64,000 nucleotides of DNA from Eledone cirrhosa (taxonomy: Eukaryota): positions 88,164,001-88,228,000 of the forward strand of contig OZ024747.1 of NCBI GenBank assembly GCA_964016885.1. Direction: 5' to 3'. A model generated the notes under the pieces. It saw only the letters and a program-made list of their open reading frames with translations, was not told where the DNA came from and searched no databases. Shown here one piece after another: positions 50,373 through 63,680 of this stretch (within the stretch, counting starts at the first letter, position 1; each line of letters begins with the position of its first letter). A program made the position numbers and the translations under genes.

Positions 50373-52696
50373 GAACATAGGACATAATCAGTTGATTCAG
50401 GCTTATTTAAAACTCTGTTATGTACTGGGGGACCGCTGAATGTGTAGGATTGTTTCTTCACCAGCTGGCTCCTGTATGACCGTAAGTATTATGGTGGAAG
50501 TACTGGTCAGTCCAGGTCTCATGTCACTATCACCGGATGTTTAGTCTAGCAAGTTATCGGGTGTAGCAATGAAACCAGCTTGTAGTCCATTCCCCCCTCC
50601 TCCCTGGCAGTCAGTAGTAGTTGTTATAATAGTAGTGTCAGCCATCTCTTCCCAACCCCACTTTGTCTGCAGATCTGCAACAACTGTGAATATTATAGCC
50701 AATACCAAGAAGTAAATATATAATAAATAAATTAAAAGGTATAAATATGTGGGAAAGAGATAATTATAATGAAAAAATAGATGCCTGTAGAAAATAACAT
50801 TAAGATAAGGATTTGAGATAGTGTTCATAGTGTTTATAGAGAGACTTCCATTGGTCTGTCAGTTTGTGTGCAGCAGGGGTGAGGAGGGTGGGTTGCTTCC
50901 ATAAGTTTTCTTACTCCCATGTATAGCTGTTGGTTAAATTTCATAAAGTTGTCTGTGGTCAGGGAATGTTGTTATCCTGAGTGTTCCACTAGTCTATAGG
51001 AATGAGTTGGGTCCTCTGGTAAGATCTGGTAATCTAAATGAAGTGGATGTCTAAGTCCAGTCCATTGCTATGTGCCATGTGATCCGGGCAGAACATATGA
51101 ATCCATTGCCTGTTTATTGCTTCAGCAAAGTGCTCAACTTGATAGGAGCATTTAATTAGAATCTTTTAATAATATGTAATGCTCTGGCTCGCACCATTTA
51201 TACAGGTCGTTGAGCACTTCTTTTTAACTGCTTTACAACTGACCGGCCATAATGTGGTCTGCACATCCCTGGTCAGTTAACCCCATATTCTAATATATAT
51301 ATATATATATATATAATCTAAACCCCTGCTCTGATTAAATATTTTAAAAATAATAATGTTCACATCAATTAAACATTATTTTTATAAATTTGTTAGAACA
51401 ATGTAGATTTAATTATTCTTATTTTATATAAATTATTGAAAAAAAAGAGGACATATTGGATAATGTGATCCTGGCTACACTGTGTCTGAAAAAAAGATAG
51501 GATGTTACTGGCTAGGACAGCTTCGACCATAAATCTGCTCAATCATGGCTGACACAAGGCTAAATAAACAGCTACATGTAGAACACTCAGAATAGATCTC
51601 CCAGTTATCATAAACAATATCAACAAATAGTTGAGTAATTGTGGCCTCAAACTAAGCCTAACAAAATCAGAAATTATGGTTTATTTTTCTAACAAATATT
51701 TCATAATTGAAACCATTTGTTTTGGTAACAGAAATATATGTATACTAAAAAGTAAAAAAATCTTTATGTTGTATCAAATAACTACATAACTAAGTCAGCA
51801 AAATGGCAGTCATTAAAGCATTACATAGCATAGCTCACTATATTCATTCTGGCTCACTGCACTTTGAGTTCAAATCCAGGCAATGCTACATTTGTCTGTC
51901 ATCGTTTCTGGGAGTCAAGAAATGAAACACCAGTCAAGCACTAGTGCTGACTTTCTTTTTTTTTCTCTCTCTCTCTGAATCATCCATGTGAAAGGGCAAA
52001 AGAGTGTTAACATCACAGTCCTAGTACTCTATTCACCATCATACAGTGAACACAAAAAGAAAGAGATATATATACATGATTGTCAGCCAACATAACACCT
52101 AACTGACCTTCTACTCTGCCTGAGTGTAATATATTATGAAAATGTTTGACATCGATTCTCTACCATTGATTAGTCTACAGATCTTATTAATACTATTGTG
52201 GTTTGCTATTTACAATTGTATTTCCCAATTTCTATTTAGCACTAGAAAAAAAATAATAAAAGCTATTACGCTCATACAATTGTTAAGATTTCCTTCAATT
52301 CTATTAAATCTTCCACATTGGTCAGCGTAACATTGATTACCAATAAAAAAAAAAAAGCAAACTTTAACTCATTTATTACCATATTTCTATTGAAAAGCAG
52401 TGCATATAATTTTCAAATAATTTTGAAAATAATCAAAGATTTTAACAAGTAGGCTATGTACCATCTCCTGGTGATAAAGACGTAATATGACTGAAATAAT
52501 TTTATTTTAGTCTATTCTTATATATATATATATATATATAATAATAAAAAGACAATTTATACCTTCATTACATTTATTGAGTAGTAACACATGTTTTGCT
52601 ATTGATCAGCTCAAGGTTCAATCAGTATCGATCTGGCCTAACTCCGAAATCAAAAGCTCGTCGGACCTCTGCGGTAATGACAGATATATATATATT

Positions 52697-53780
52697 ATCA
52701 TCATCACCACCACCACCACCATTTAACGTCCATTTTCTATGCTTGCATGGGTTAGACAGGGCGTTCACATCATGAGACAAGTCTGGCCTGTTTCACAGCG
52801 GAACCATGGTTTGGGAGCCAGGTGGTCCCACTATGAGGGAGGAGGTCAGGCCAATGGGCCACACCAAGCCTTACACATATTGGAGCCATGTTACTGATAG
52901 TCTGGCCAGATGGCTACTCCAAGCCTTACTTGTAGTGGAGCCCTAAGTGGAACCATTATGAGGAGGATCTGGCCAATTGGCCACCCCGTACCCTGCTCTC
53001 ATTGTAACCATAGTTTGAGGGAGGTTGAGCTAGTTGGCCACACCAAGCCTTACTCATAAAGGAGCCGTGTTACCGAGTGGTCCCGATATGAGCCAAGTCT
53101 GACCTGATGGCCACGCTGTACCTTGCACATATCAGGACTGTTACTGTATCTGTGTGGTTACAGTATGAGAGAGGTCTGGTCAGTTGGCCACACTAATCCT
53201 TAATCATAGTGTGGCTCTGGGTGAAGCTATTATAAGGAGGATCTGGCCAGATGGCCGTGCTGTATCCTGCCCACATCAGAACCATAATTTTGAAGCTAGG
53301 TGATTCTACTATGAAGGAGGCTGGGCTTGTTGGCCATGCCAAGCCTTACTCATAAAGGAACCATGTTACCGGGTGGTCCTACTGTCAACCACATTGACAG
53401 TTTGGAGCTGGGTGGCACTATTATCTGCAATGTCCCAGGCTGAGTTGTCGACACAGGTCTTTTGTCATACATTGTAGCACCAGAGGTCTCTGTCCTGTCT
53501 CATTTCAGTTGAGCCAGATCAGCCTGTATCATTTCATCCCACATCTTCCTGGATCTTCCTCTTTCGGGGCATCCTACAACCTCTAGTGCCCTGCACTTTT
53601 TTTTAAACAGCTCTCATCCTTCATACATATCCCATGTCCATACCACTGCAGTTGTCTCTCATGCATACAGCATTTGATCCCCCTTATGCCCAGTTTCGCT
53701 CTCTATTCATTTACACTTTGCCGTTCATGCACACTATTGTTAGATATCCATATGAGCATGCAGGCTTCATTTTTTTTCCA
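52697..53780 (-). mobile_element. RTE LINE 3' end with a degenerate tandem array in its 3'UTR
   Basis: (CAT/CAC)n tail and TTTAACGTCCATTTTC..TGCTTGCATGGGTTAGAC end; minus strand ERQLQWYGHG..KDESC.KK..GRSRKMWDE. Confidence 0.75.
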
Positions 53781-54574
53781 ATCTCCATAGATCATCAACA
53801 CACAGATCCCATGTTTCCCTTCCATATAGCATTGCTGTAAGAAGAAGAAGGAGGTGTGTTTGTACAGTCAAACCAACTCCCACAATTGCAGCACAGCTAT
53901 CACTTTTTGATATAAGAGATAATACATGGTTTAGTCAGACCTTTTTTTTTTTTTTCGTAATCCTGGTTTTATTAAGTTCAGAAATATCTGTTTTAACTAA
54001 ATTTATTTCATAGCTGTTTTAGAACAATGTACCCTGCTCAACCTCACATTAATCTCTTCAGTAGTTATATATTTTCCCTCTTCGCACTGGTTGCCATTGA
54101 GACCTCAGGCATACTTGGACCCTCTACTGTCAAGCTCCATCGCAAGATGGGAACGTCAGCAGTCCATCTGAGGAAGAAGCCCCATGAGGTGGGGTGGCTG
54201 TTGCAGGGGTTCTGCTGGCCATTGTCCACAGTCCCATCACTGCCATGCCCAAGGTCCAGAGCCCATCACTCTCTCCCTTCCTTCCCTCTCCCATTCTTCT
54301 GTCACATTAGAGCCCTTGCCTTTCTCTTCCTTTTCCGTTTTTTATATTTTCTTATTTTACATTCCATTCTTACTTCTCAATCTATTTTTTTTCTTTTTCT
54401 ATTAAATTGTTTTCCCACTACTCTAATTACATACTCTACTTAGCTACCATACACTACTTATCTACAATTCTGCATTATAAATAAATATTTTTGTTACTAT
54501 CAAACCTATACTTTCTAATTTACATTGACAAGTTCTCAGGGTTTAGAAATTATTTCAAATGTAGATAAATAGTT

Positions 54575-56160
54575 CATCTTCTTTTTTTTGAGAGGGCCAT
54601 GGGGGCAGAATCATCAAACACTCCTTCCAGTGGGTTCTCTCAGTACTTTCCTGAGACATTCTAACCACATGCTCATAGTATCAGATCTGTGAACTCTCAA
54701 TTTAGAGATGTAGTGGCTCTACCTGGAGTGACTCTCTGATCTCCAAGCTAGGCACACTATCGAGTAATATTATTCCAAGATCCTTCGGAGGAACCATATT
54801 TTGGTCACTTGTATTCGCAATTATATTCTTTCGGTCATTACCCAAGATTAATGACCATAGGTAAGGGTTGGCACAAAAACTGAATTGAAGGTAGCGATTT
54901 TGGCTTTTATGCCTACCTACCTTTTTCTAATTAACAAATGCTGAAGCTGTCACATTACTGCACTAGTTCTTGCAATTCTTGCACTTAATTCAGCCTCCTG
55001 ACTTCCATCACTCATGAACACAGCCCTGAGACACTTGAACTTCTCTACCTGCTTCAGTGGAATTCTATTCACATGTAGAGTGTACTGCGCAGGCTTCCTT
55101 GGGAGGACGAGTATCTCAGTTTTTGCAGCACTGATTTTCATTCCAGCTATATATCTCGTGTACATCAGAAGATACTATTGTGATCGGGTTTATGAGATCG
55201 GCAAAATATTCTCTCCACCTTGCGAGGATGCACCTCTCAGAAGAGAGGAGAACCACAGACACATTCTTGATAGCAGGTGTGGAGGAGGACTTTATATTAC
55301 AAAGTTGGCAGATGGTCTGCCAGAACACTTTATTTGCTGATCTGAAGTTGGATTCCAACTTAACCCCAAAGTTCTCCCATGTTTTAACTTTGGACGCCTT
55401 TACTGTCTCTCTACCACCCAAATGACTGAACAGGTGGGAGTGGGGATATTCACAAGACCCTGGCTGTCAGAATGTGTTATGGACTGGATCTCATTAGGAG
55501 GGAGGATTTGCTTCTTGAAGCTGAAGCTGAAAGATAGGTCTCTGTGGGTGGTGCAAGTTTATGCATCAAGCAAGGTGTCCAAATACAGGTTCTTCCTTGA
55601 TGATGTCACTGCAGCATTCGATGTAGTTATGATTGTGTCATATATCCTGATAGGAGACTTCAATGCACATGTTGGCACTGACCACCTGACATGGAAAGGA
55701 GTGATTGGAAGGAATGGCAACCCTGATCTAAATAAGAATGGAGAGACCTTATTAGACTTCTATTCTAGCAATGAATACTCCATTATGAACATCTTCTTCC
55801 ATCACAGTGACATCGATAAATGTACATAGTATTAGGGGAATCAGGGACAGAAATCAATAATTGATTTTGTTATTGTTTCTGATCTCTTTGATTCTGTGCT
55901 GGATGTTCGTGTTAAGAGGGGGGCTGAGCTGTCAACTGATCACCATCTTGTTATCTGCAACTTGAGACTACCTAAAGCCAAAGAAGCCCACAAAACTGGC
56001 AGGTCCAGAGCGACCTACAGGATAAAATGGGAAGCATTGGTGGATTAGGAAGTCAGTACCAGGTATGCAGATACTATTGCATCCAAATTCCAAGAACTCG
56101 CTAAGCAAACTGAGAATGTTGAGACAGAGTGGAGATTGTTCAAGCTCAACAGTTTCTGCT
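54575..56160. mobile_element. Rearranged RTE LINE: 3' and pre-RT parts on minus (54575-55420), APE endonuclease on plus (55420-56160)
   Basis: ORF 55422-55829 VVQVYA..ILIGDFNAHVG..VIGRNG..LN.NGE.LLDF, then SIIDFVIV...STDHHLV (APE); minus strand KVFWQTI, AGMKISAAKTE, VEKFKCL. Confidence 0.85.
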
Positions 56161-56882
56161 TCAGCGAGATAAATAGATGCTTACATAAGTTAATAGAAAT
56201 AAAATAATTACTTTAAAACAAGATGTGGTCATATGTATGAATATTTATTCCCAAAGTAGCAAATATTAACTGCTACCACTGCCTTTGATGAGATGAAACG
56301 TTGTTTATAAATTCCTATAGTTTGTACTATTTGGTTAATATTATATGCCCCAATAGCCTGACATGATGCATATGAATTTTAAATAATTACATTTAAAGTT
56401 GTAAACATTGCATAGTCTTATTTCATCATGTCTTTAATTATATTGTTTTTATATCCATTCACTGTAAAACCTGAAAATCTAATTTCTTCAACTAATACAA
56501 CAATATATATGTCAATATATATTTAAAATGTAAGATCTGAAATGTTTGTTGACAATAATGATTGAGACTTCATTAAGCTTTATATACTAATCATCATAGA
56601 AGGTTGTTGGGGTAAAACTTTATAGACTGAATGATGGTTTCACACAGGACGTTTTACCTGCATTCATTTTTTTTCTTCCCAAGTGCATCTTAGGACAATG
56701 TTATCCTTGCTCTCTCTGGAAGGTAGGTGGAAGCCAAATTAGGAATCTGAAGTTCCAACTTATCAGCTCCACTAACTTGAATTTGGCCACAAATACATTA
56801 CTCTTGTGTTTAATCACAGAAGTCTTGCCACACTTAAATTTATAAATGCTAAGATGTTTTTGCTCTTAAAACACGGATACAT

Positions 56883-58928
56883 TTTTATCCTATTCAGGGA
56901 ACACAGCAAATATATTTCTTGTCTATATTTGAATTTATCAAAAATATATTCAGCTGTCTTTCATTTGAAGTTAATATTTACTGAATTTCTTAAACCTTGG
57001 GCCAGCCTAATGTTGTAATTTTCCTAGTTTGTTCTTTCCAAATTATTAAATAAAGAATATTTATAGAAAACTGATAGACCAATTGACTTAGCATAAAATA
57101 AAAATTCAAGCTAACCTGGAGTAAACTATTCAATTATACCTTAGCTCTTCTTAACCCATATACCATATTTCTAATGAAAGAGACTGTCTATGCTTTCAAA
57201 TTTTGCAAATAATCAAGAATTTAGAGGATAGATTTAGTGATATAACCAATTTTCATCATTAATTAGCTGTTGACAAATGTGCAAGGAATTATGTCCAGTA
57301 TTTCTAAGCAATGTCTGTTTCTTCTTTGAAAGTAAACATGCCATGTAATAATAACTACATACACATACACTTACATACACTGTATATTTGTTGTCGGTAA
57401 TATTGTTTTAAATTTTTGTTACCATTTATATAAGCAAACTTAAATCTCTTAAATAGCTATTAAGGTTAAATTATGCTGATAATAAAACTTAGTATTATTT
57501 AATTTATAAAGACCATAAAGTTGTACTTGAAATAAGTGTTAATATCTTCATCTTGATTGCACCCAAGTAGAAGTATTGATTGGTAAAGCTCTACTCCATC
57601 TATGATTTATACGATGCAGCAGTTTTTGTAGTTGACTGGCCTTTTATCTTTAACCATTTAAAACAAAGCTGGTAGAATATAAGTTAAAAATGCAACAGAG
57701 AAAACCAGAGCAAAATAAGACACACAAAACATGAGTTTACTCTTTTACTATATATTTCATAATATTTCAGGGTTAGAATCCCTTTTTTAAGAGAAAGGAA
57801 ACAGAGTGTGATAGTAATGATGAGCAATGTATGTATTGTCTCCACCAATGATGATTTATTGTTAATTTATTCTTAGTTAAAATTTCTTCTTCTTTGCCCA
57901 CTTATTCCTGAGAGGATCATGGGATCAGAGTCCTCAAACACTCCTTCTAACAGGTCTTGTCAGAAGTAACCATCTTCAACTGATCCAGCTGGATCTCCAA
58001 GAAAGACTAGCCAAGCTCATGGATGTTATCCAACCATCTTGCTCAAGGTCTACCCCTGGATCTCCTGCCGGTTGGTTTTTCCCGAAAAATCTGTCAAGCA
58101 ATTCTTTCCTGAGACATTCTAACCACATGCCCATAGTATTCTCAATTTGGAGAAGTAGCAGCTCTACATGGAGTAATTCTCTGAGCTACAAACTCTATTG
58201 AGTAATGTTTCGCAAGTAGTTAAAATTTCCAATTTCAAAATATTTACAATGAATTTTTTTTGTGGTAAATTTTTCTTGCTTTCTCCTAATGGTTTGAAAT
58301 AATTCTAAATGGCCTAAAAATAAATTAGTAGTTTCTAATATGTATGCAGTTTTAGTTTGAATTACAATAAATATAGTACTCAGTTATCAATTTATGTATT
58401 GAGTTTATTCAGTATATTATGCATATATTCTGTATAATATTTATGATTTGCAAAAGCAACAAATCAATAAAAAAAAAGTCAGAAAAAGGGAGAAGACATG
58501 CACATTTAATTACACACTATAACAGGGAATGCTGGTGTTTCTCTTTAAAAATGTTTATCCTATTCAAGGAACACAGCAAATATATTTCTTCTATATATTT
58601 AGATTTATCAAAAATATATTCAGCTGTCTTTCATTTGAAGTTAATATTTACTGAATTTCTTAAATCTTGAGCCAGCCTAATGTTGTAATTTTCCTAGTTT
58701 GTTCTTTCCAAATTATTAAATAAAGAATATTTATAGAAAACTGATAAACCAATTGACTTAACATAAAATACAAATTCAAGCTAATCTGGAGTAAACTATT
58801 CAATTATATCTTAGCTCTTCTTAACCCTTTTTATGTCATATTTCTAATGAAAGAGACTGTCTATGCTTTCAAATTTTGCAAATAATCAAGAATTTAGAGG
58901 GATTTAGTAATATAACTAATTTTCATCA
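56883..58928 (+). repeat. Local duplication: about 375 bp at 56883-57257 repeated at 58554-58928
   Basis: Near-identical sequence at offset about 1670, including a MITE family B left end. Confidence 0.9.
57885..58215 (-). mobile_element. RTE 3' end fragment, family of 54575-54800
   Basis: (TTC)n tail, CAAACACTCCTTC motif, minus strand PGVDLEQDGWITS. Confidence 0.55.
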
Positions 58929-61900
58929 CAGAATTACAATGGATGATAGTAAAACCAAAGTCAAAGAAATAACCAAGCAACCTCATGAATATCACATGAT
59001 GCTTTAGCAAGGCGACACTTATAAGTGAATATTTTATGGGCTCTTACAGAAGTGTGCCTATGGTAACAATAATAGAATCATAAATCTGATAATCTGTTCA
59101 GTTGATAAAAAACTAAAAACTCAAGTGTTTGCTGAATAAAGAACTCCTACAGCACATGTTGCTTTTAATAATTTTTTATTTTCAGTTTCACATATTCAGC
59201 TACTTCAGGAATATGAAGTAAAAAGCTATTAGAGTAAAATGCTGTTAGCATGTGTAATTTGGAGGATGAATAATGATATATTCTATTGGAAACCCTAGCT
59301 ATAAAAATCCTCAAACTAAATGTACTTTGATAAAGCAAGAAAAATAGTGCTTCAAGGTGTCCTACAGAACAAGAGCATATTGGAATATGTCTGAAAAAGA
59401 AATAAATACTCTTGCAAATAAAATAGTACTTTTAGCTATGTAGAGTACCAGCAACATATATATATATATACACACACTCATGCTCACACACACATATATC
59501 TTGGTGATTGCTTGACGCGTTCTTGTTTGTTTACTTGGGAATAACTTATATTCTCTGGTTCCAAAGCATTGTTATTTTTCATAACCTAAGATATTGTTAT
59601 ATTAATTTTTTTATGTTAATAGGGGTTGAATGGTTGTAATAATTCCAATATTTCCATATATTAATTAATGAAAACTTACAGCTACTTTTTAGTTAGGTCG
59701 ACTGCAGTCTTAGAGAATAAATGTATTGTTTAAAGTAAATATGCAAAAGTAGCTGCTCTCTGAGTGCAAATCTTTTGGGGGTCAATAAATAAAGTATTAA
59801 TCCAAGGGTGGTGATTTGGTTGAATCTCTAAAGAGTTGCACCGGAGGCTTTATGGTATCTGTTCCAACTCTGTGTGTTCTGAGTTCAAATCCTACTTCTT
59901 GTCACAGGAAAAGTGATGCTGCTTCTACCAGGAGTTACAACCAATGGAAACATAATTTCCTTGGTACAATCTGACAATCAACTCCTTTTTCTTTCCTTTA
60001 TATTTATAGTATTATACTTAAACTGTTCATAGTAAGTGTACATGTGGAAATGAATGAAAATAATATAGAGTAATACAGAAAATGTGTTCTTTCCTTAGAT
60101 TAGGTATTTGTATTATCAAACCACAGTCAGTTAGTCAAAATGATCATGTACTCAAGGCTTAAGGCAGCAAATTGGCAGTCATTACTAAGTTTGATTAAGT
60201 GCCTCAGTATTTTTTTCAGCTTTCTGTGGTCTAACCTCAAACCCTGCCATGGTCAGCTTTGACTTTCATTCTTTTAGTGCTAGTAAACACAGTACCATTC
60301 CAAGGATAGTGGATTTGCAGAATTGTTAGTGTTCCAACTTTGTGCATTCTAAGCTCAAATCTTACCTCCTGTTGCTAGAAAGGCAGTGATACTTCTGACA
60401 GGAATAGTAACTAACAGAGAGTATCAGCAATGGAAAGAAAAACCGATTGAGACAATAAACAACAAGATCACTATTGCCTGTTTCCTATTTACTTTTTCTT
60501 AAATAGTTTACCCTCCTTCAAGACAGCTACAGATAAACCAACTGAAATATAAAAATAACACTGACATTAATAATAAATACTTTAAGAAATCTGAATGAAA
60601 TGAATTTACACTAAAAAATAGTAGCTGGTTTAAAATAGATAGCTTTGATTTTACAAGTTATAGATTTTTTTATTATGCATATTTTTGTACCCTTGTGGTC
60701 AATTAAAGGGGTATTAATATTCATATAATTTGCAAATGCAAAGAAAATTAGAATCCAACTCCCAAATTATTTTTCCTTATAGGAAAGGCAGCTATCAGAA
60801 ATGTCCAATCTTGTTTCTTACTATGCAGACAATCAGTAAAGTATCAATTTTAACTACTATACTTATTGGAAATATTGTAGCTTATTTCATGTTCTTGCAA
60901 GAAATTTAAGCATCAAAACATGTTTAATAGCTTTTTTATTTTCAATTGGCAAGGTAGTTTGAGCATTGGATTAAATGCTTTGGTATTTATTTCGGCTCTA
61001 TGTACTCTAAGTTCAAGTCCTGCCCAGGTCAACTTAACCATTAATCCTTTTAGGGTTGATAAAATACCAATTTAGGGGCAGTGGATTGGCAGATTTATTA
61101 AGAGTCATACAGATTGTTTTCTGGTATCTGTTCTGTTTCCATGCACTTTTTGTCATCAAAAAGCAGTAATGCTTCTGCTAGGAGCTACAACAGGCGGATA
61201 GTATACCCCATCCCCAGAAGGTTGGCCTCATACTAGATAATTGGCTTAAAAAAGAGATTATGAATATTCTCAAAATACCAAATAAAAAATGTTCATGCTG
61301 TTTGGTAGTCATCTGTAAGCAGAAATAAAAAGAAAAGGATTTTCAATAGATAATAATGATGAAAATTATTGTGTTCAGTGCTCAGGTGCACTACAACAGA
61401 AAAAATGAATGCACGAGCCAGCGGCAGTAGTCGACAGGTTTGAAACATCAGCTTTGATATTCGGTATAAATGAAGTAACCACATAGCTAAGCTCTCACAT
61501 GATATCATTTCAATTAGTGTTTCTTTCAATATAAAGAGAAGTGGGAGTTAGACAAAATGTTCTTTTTCTTTTTAAGATTAAAGAATTATAAATATAAATT
61601 ATAATTAATAAGTATGGTGAAGGGACTGACTTGTGAAAATTATAGCATCGCCATTAATTTATGAGATTGTTGGCTGAATTAAAAATCAAGTTTATTACAA
61701 TCCATTAAAGTGTATTTCATCCCTAAAATAGAATAATAATATTTGTTGATATGTCTAATGGTAATTTGGAAAAAAGATTAAATCTAATTTTAATGTAGTG
61801 CAGCTAAAATTATCCATAATCTTGCCTTAGAATTGTGTTGGCTGTAATAGTTTCTAATGTTCACTGTGTGAATTTAAAATGTGTTTTGTTTGAACACCAA

Positions 61901-62535
61901 GTTGGCCTTTGCAGTTAATAACAAAAAAAAAAAAAAATACACATTGTCTAGCTGGTAGAAATATGCTGCATGTATCTAGTAAACTTTGCATGTTGTCTAT
62001 GCTTTCTGCTTGTGAAAGATGTCCATGCTTTCTTCAACACACTTTTAATCCTCTCTCAGTATCAACCAAAATAGTTTTCATAAAGTCTTCTTTGTATGTA
62101 AACATATAAAGAAGAGTTGTTTCTTTTATGTATACATTTTTAAACAATTGAATATTTCATTATCAATGAAATCGATAGTAATTTAGAGTTTTGAGCGATA
62201 TATAGATGAAAGAAAGTCTAAAATAATTTTTCAATGTGGCTTCTTTTATCCTTTTATTTAGTATGCTTAGTGCTTATAGGGATGAGTAACTATTTATACA
62301 TACATATTTTTGTTCTTATATATACATTTGGAAAATATTTTTGATTTGAAATATGTTGTAATTTGGAAGATTTTTCCCAATATGATTTAGAACAATGTTT
62401 TATAGTTTTATACAATATATCATAAATAGTTTTAATACAACAGACGTAATGAAAAAATAAACCTTGATCATTTTCTATTATTCTATCTTCCAATATCCCA
62501 GATGTATGCATTACATTTCTACAGTTCTTTATATA

Positions 62536-63632
62536 TCATCATCATCATCAGGTTTAGCGTCCGTGTTCCACGCTTGCATGGGTTTGGACGGGGGTTTTCC
62601 CACTTGAGGCAAGAGTGGTTGTCTTGCTCGCATAGGACTGTCTGGCGGGTTTTCTACAGTTGGATGCCCTTCCTAACACCAACCACATTTACAGTGTGGG
62701 GCTGGGAGGTTTTTACCGTGTTGCCTACACGGCCACATTACAGCGTGGACTGTCTGGCGGGTTTTCTACAGCTGGATGCCCTTCCTAACACCAACCACAT
62801 TTACAGTGTGGGGCTGGGAGGTTTTTACCGTGTTGCCTACACGGCCACATTTACAGCGTGGACTGTGTGTTTTTTGTCGTGACACCTACACGATCTCATT
62901 TGTTTCGGCCTGGATGTTGTGGGACCAACATAACTGTACATTGAAAGGGGCGGTGTGGATGGGGTGGAGGTGGTGGGACGGGGGGGTGTTTTGATAGAGA
63001 TGCCTACTGACTGTAGTAGGTTTTTACTTTGTATTTACGTAAGGCGGGTCTTCTCTATTACTGAGTACCGCCGAAGGTCTCGGTCCAGTGACATTGTCTT
63101 GGAGAGGTGTAAGCGTGTGAGGTCGGAATTTATCAGGTCGTCCCATGTTTTTCTGGGTCTGCCTACTCCGTGGCTACCGTCTATCTTTATTGCCCTGCAC
63201 TTTGTTATACAGCTGTCGTCTTTCATGCGCATCACGTGACCGTACCAACGTAGCCTTCTCTCGAGTAAACAACATCTGATCCCTCTTATTTCTAATTTTT
63301 TCCTTAGTTCGTTTATGCTTTGCCGTTCACATATATTACTATTGCACATCCAGCGGAGCATGCAAGCTTCGTTCCTCTCTAGTCTGCGTATATCCTCTGC
63401 ACACAATGCCCAGGTCTCACTGCCATGCAGCATTGCTGTTCGTATGCAGGCATCGTATAACCTGCCTTTCATTTTTAGGGAGAACCCTCTAGCGGCTAAT
63501 AGTGGTATAAGCTCTCTGAACTTTTTCCATCCAGTTCTGACTCTAGCTACTGTACTTTCAGAGCACCCTCCCCCACTGCTGATTTTGTCACCCAGGTAAC
63601 GGAAGCTGTCCACTATTTCTATAGAACCCTCT

Positions 63633-63636
<4 letters not shown>
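62536..63636 (-). mobile_element. Young 5'-truncated RTE LINE with an intact ORF end
   Basis: Uninterrupted 192-aa ORF at 63035-63613; partly duplicated 3'UTR unit; (CAT)n tail; 5' junction in (TA)n. Confidence 0.93.

Positions 63637-63680
<44 letters not shown>

Noticed and set aside
59186-59217. Possible micro-exon (SHIQLLQEYE)
   Set aside because: Weak donor, reading phase incompatible with the preceding exon, no homology.
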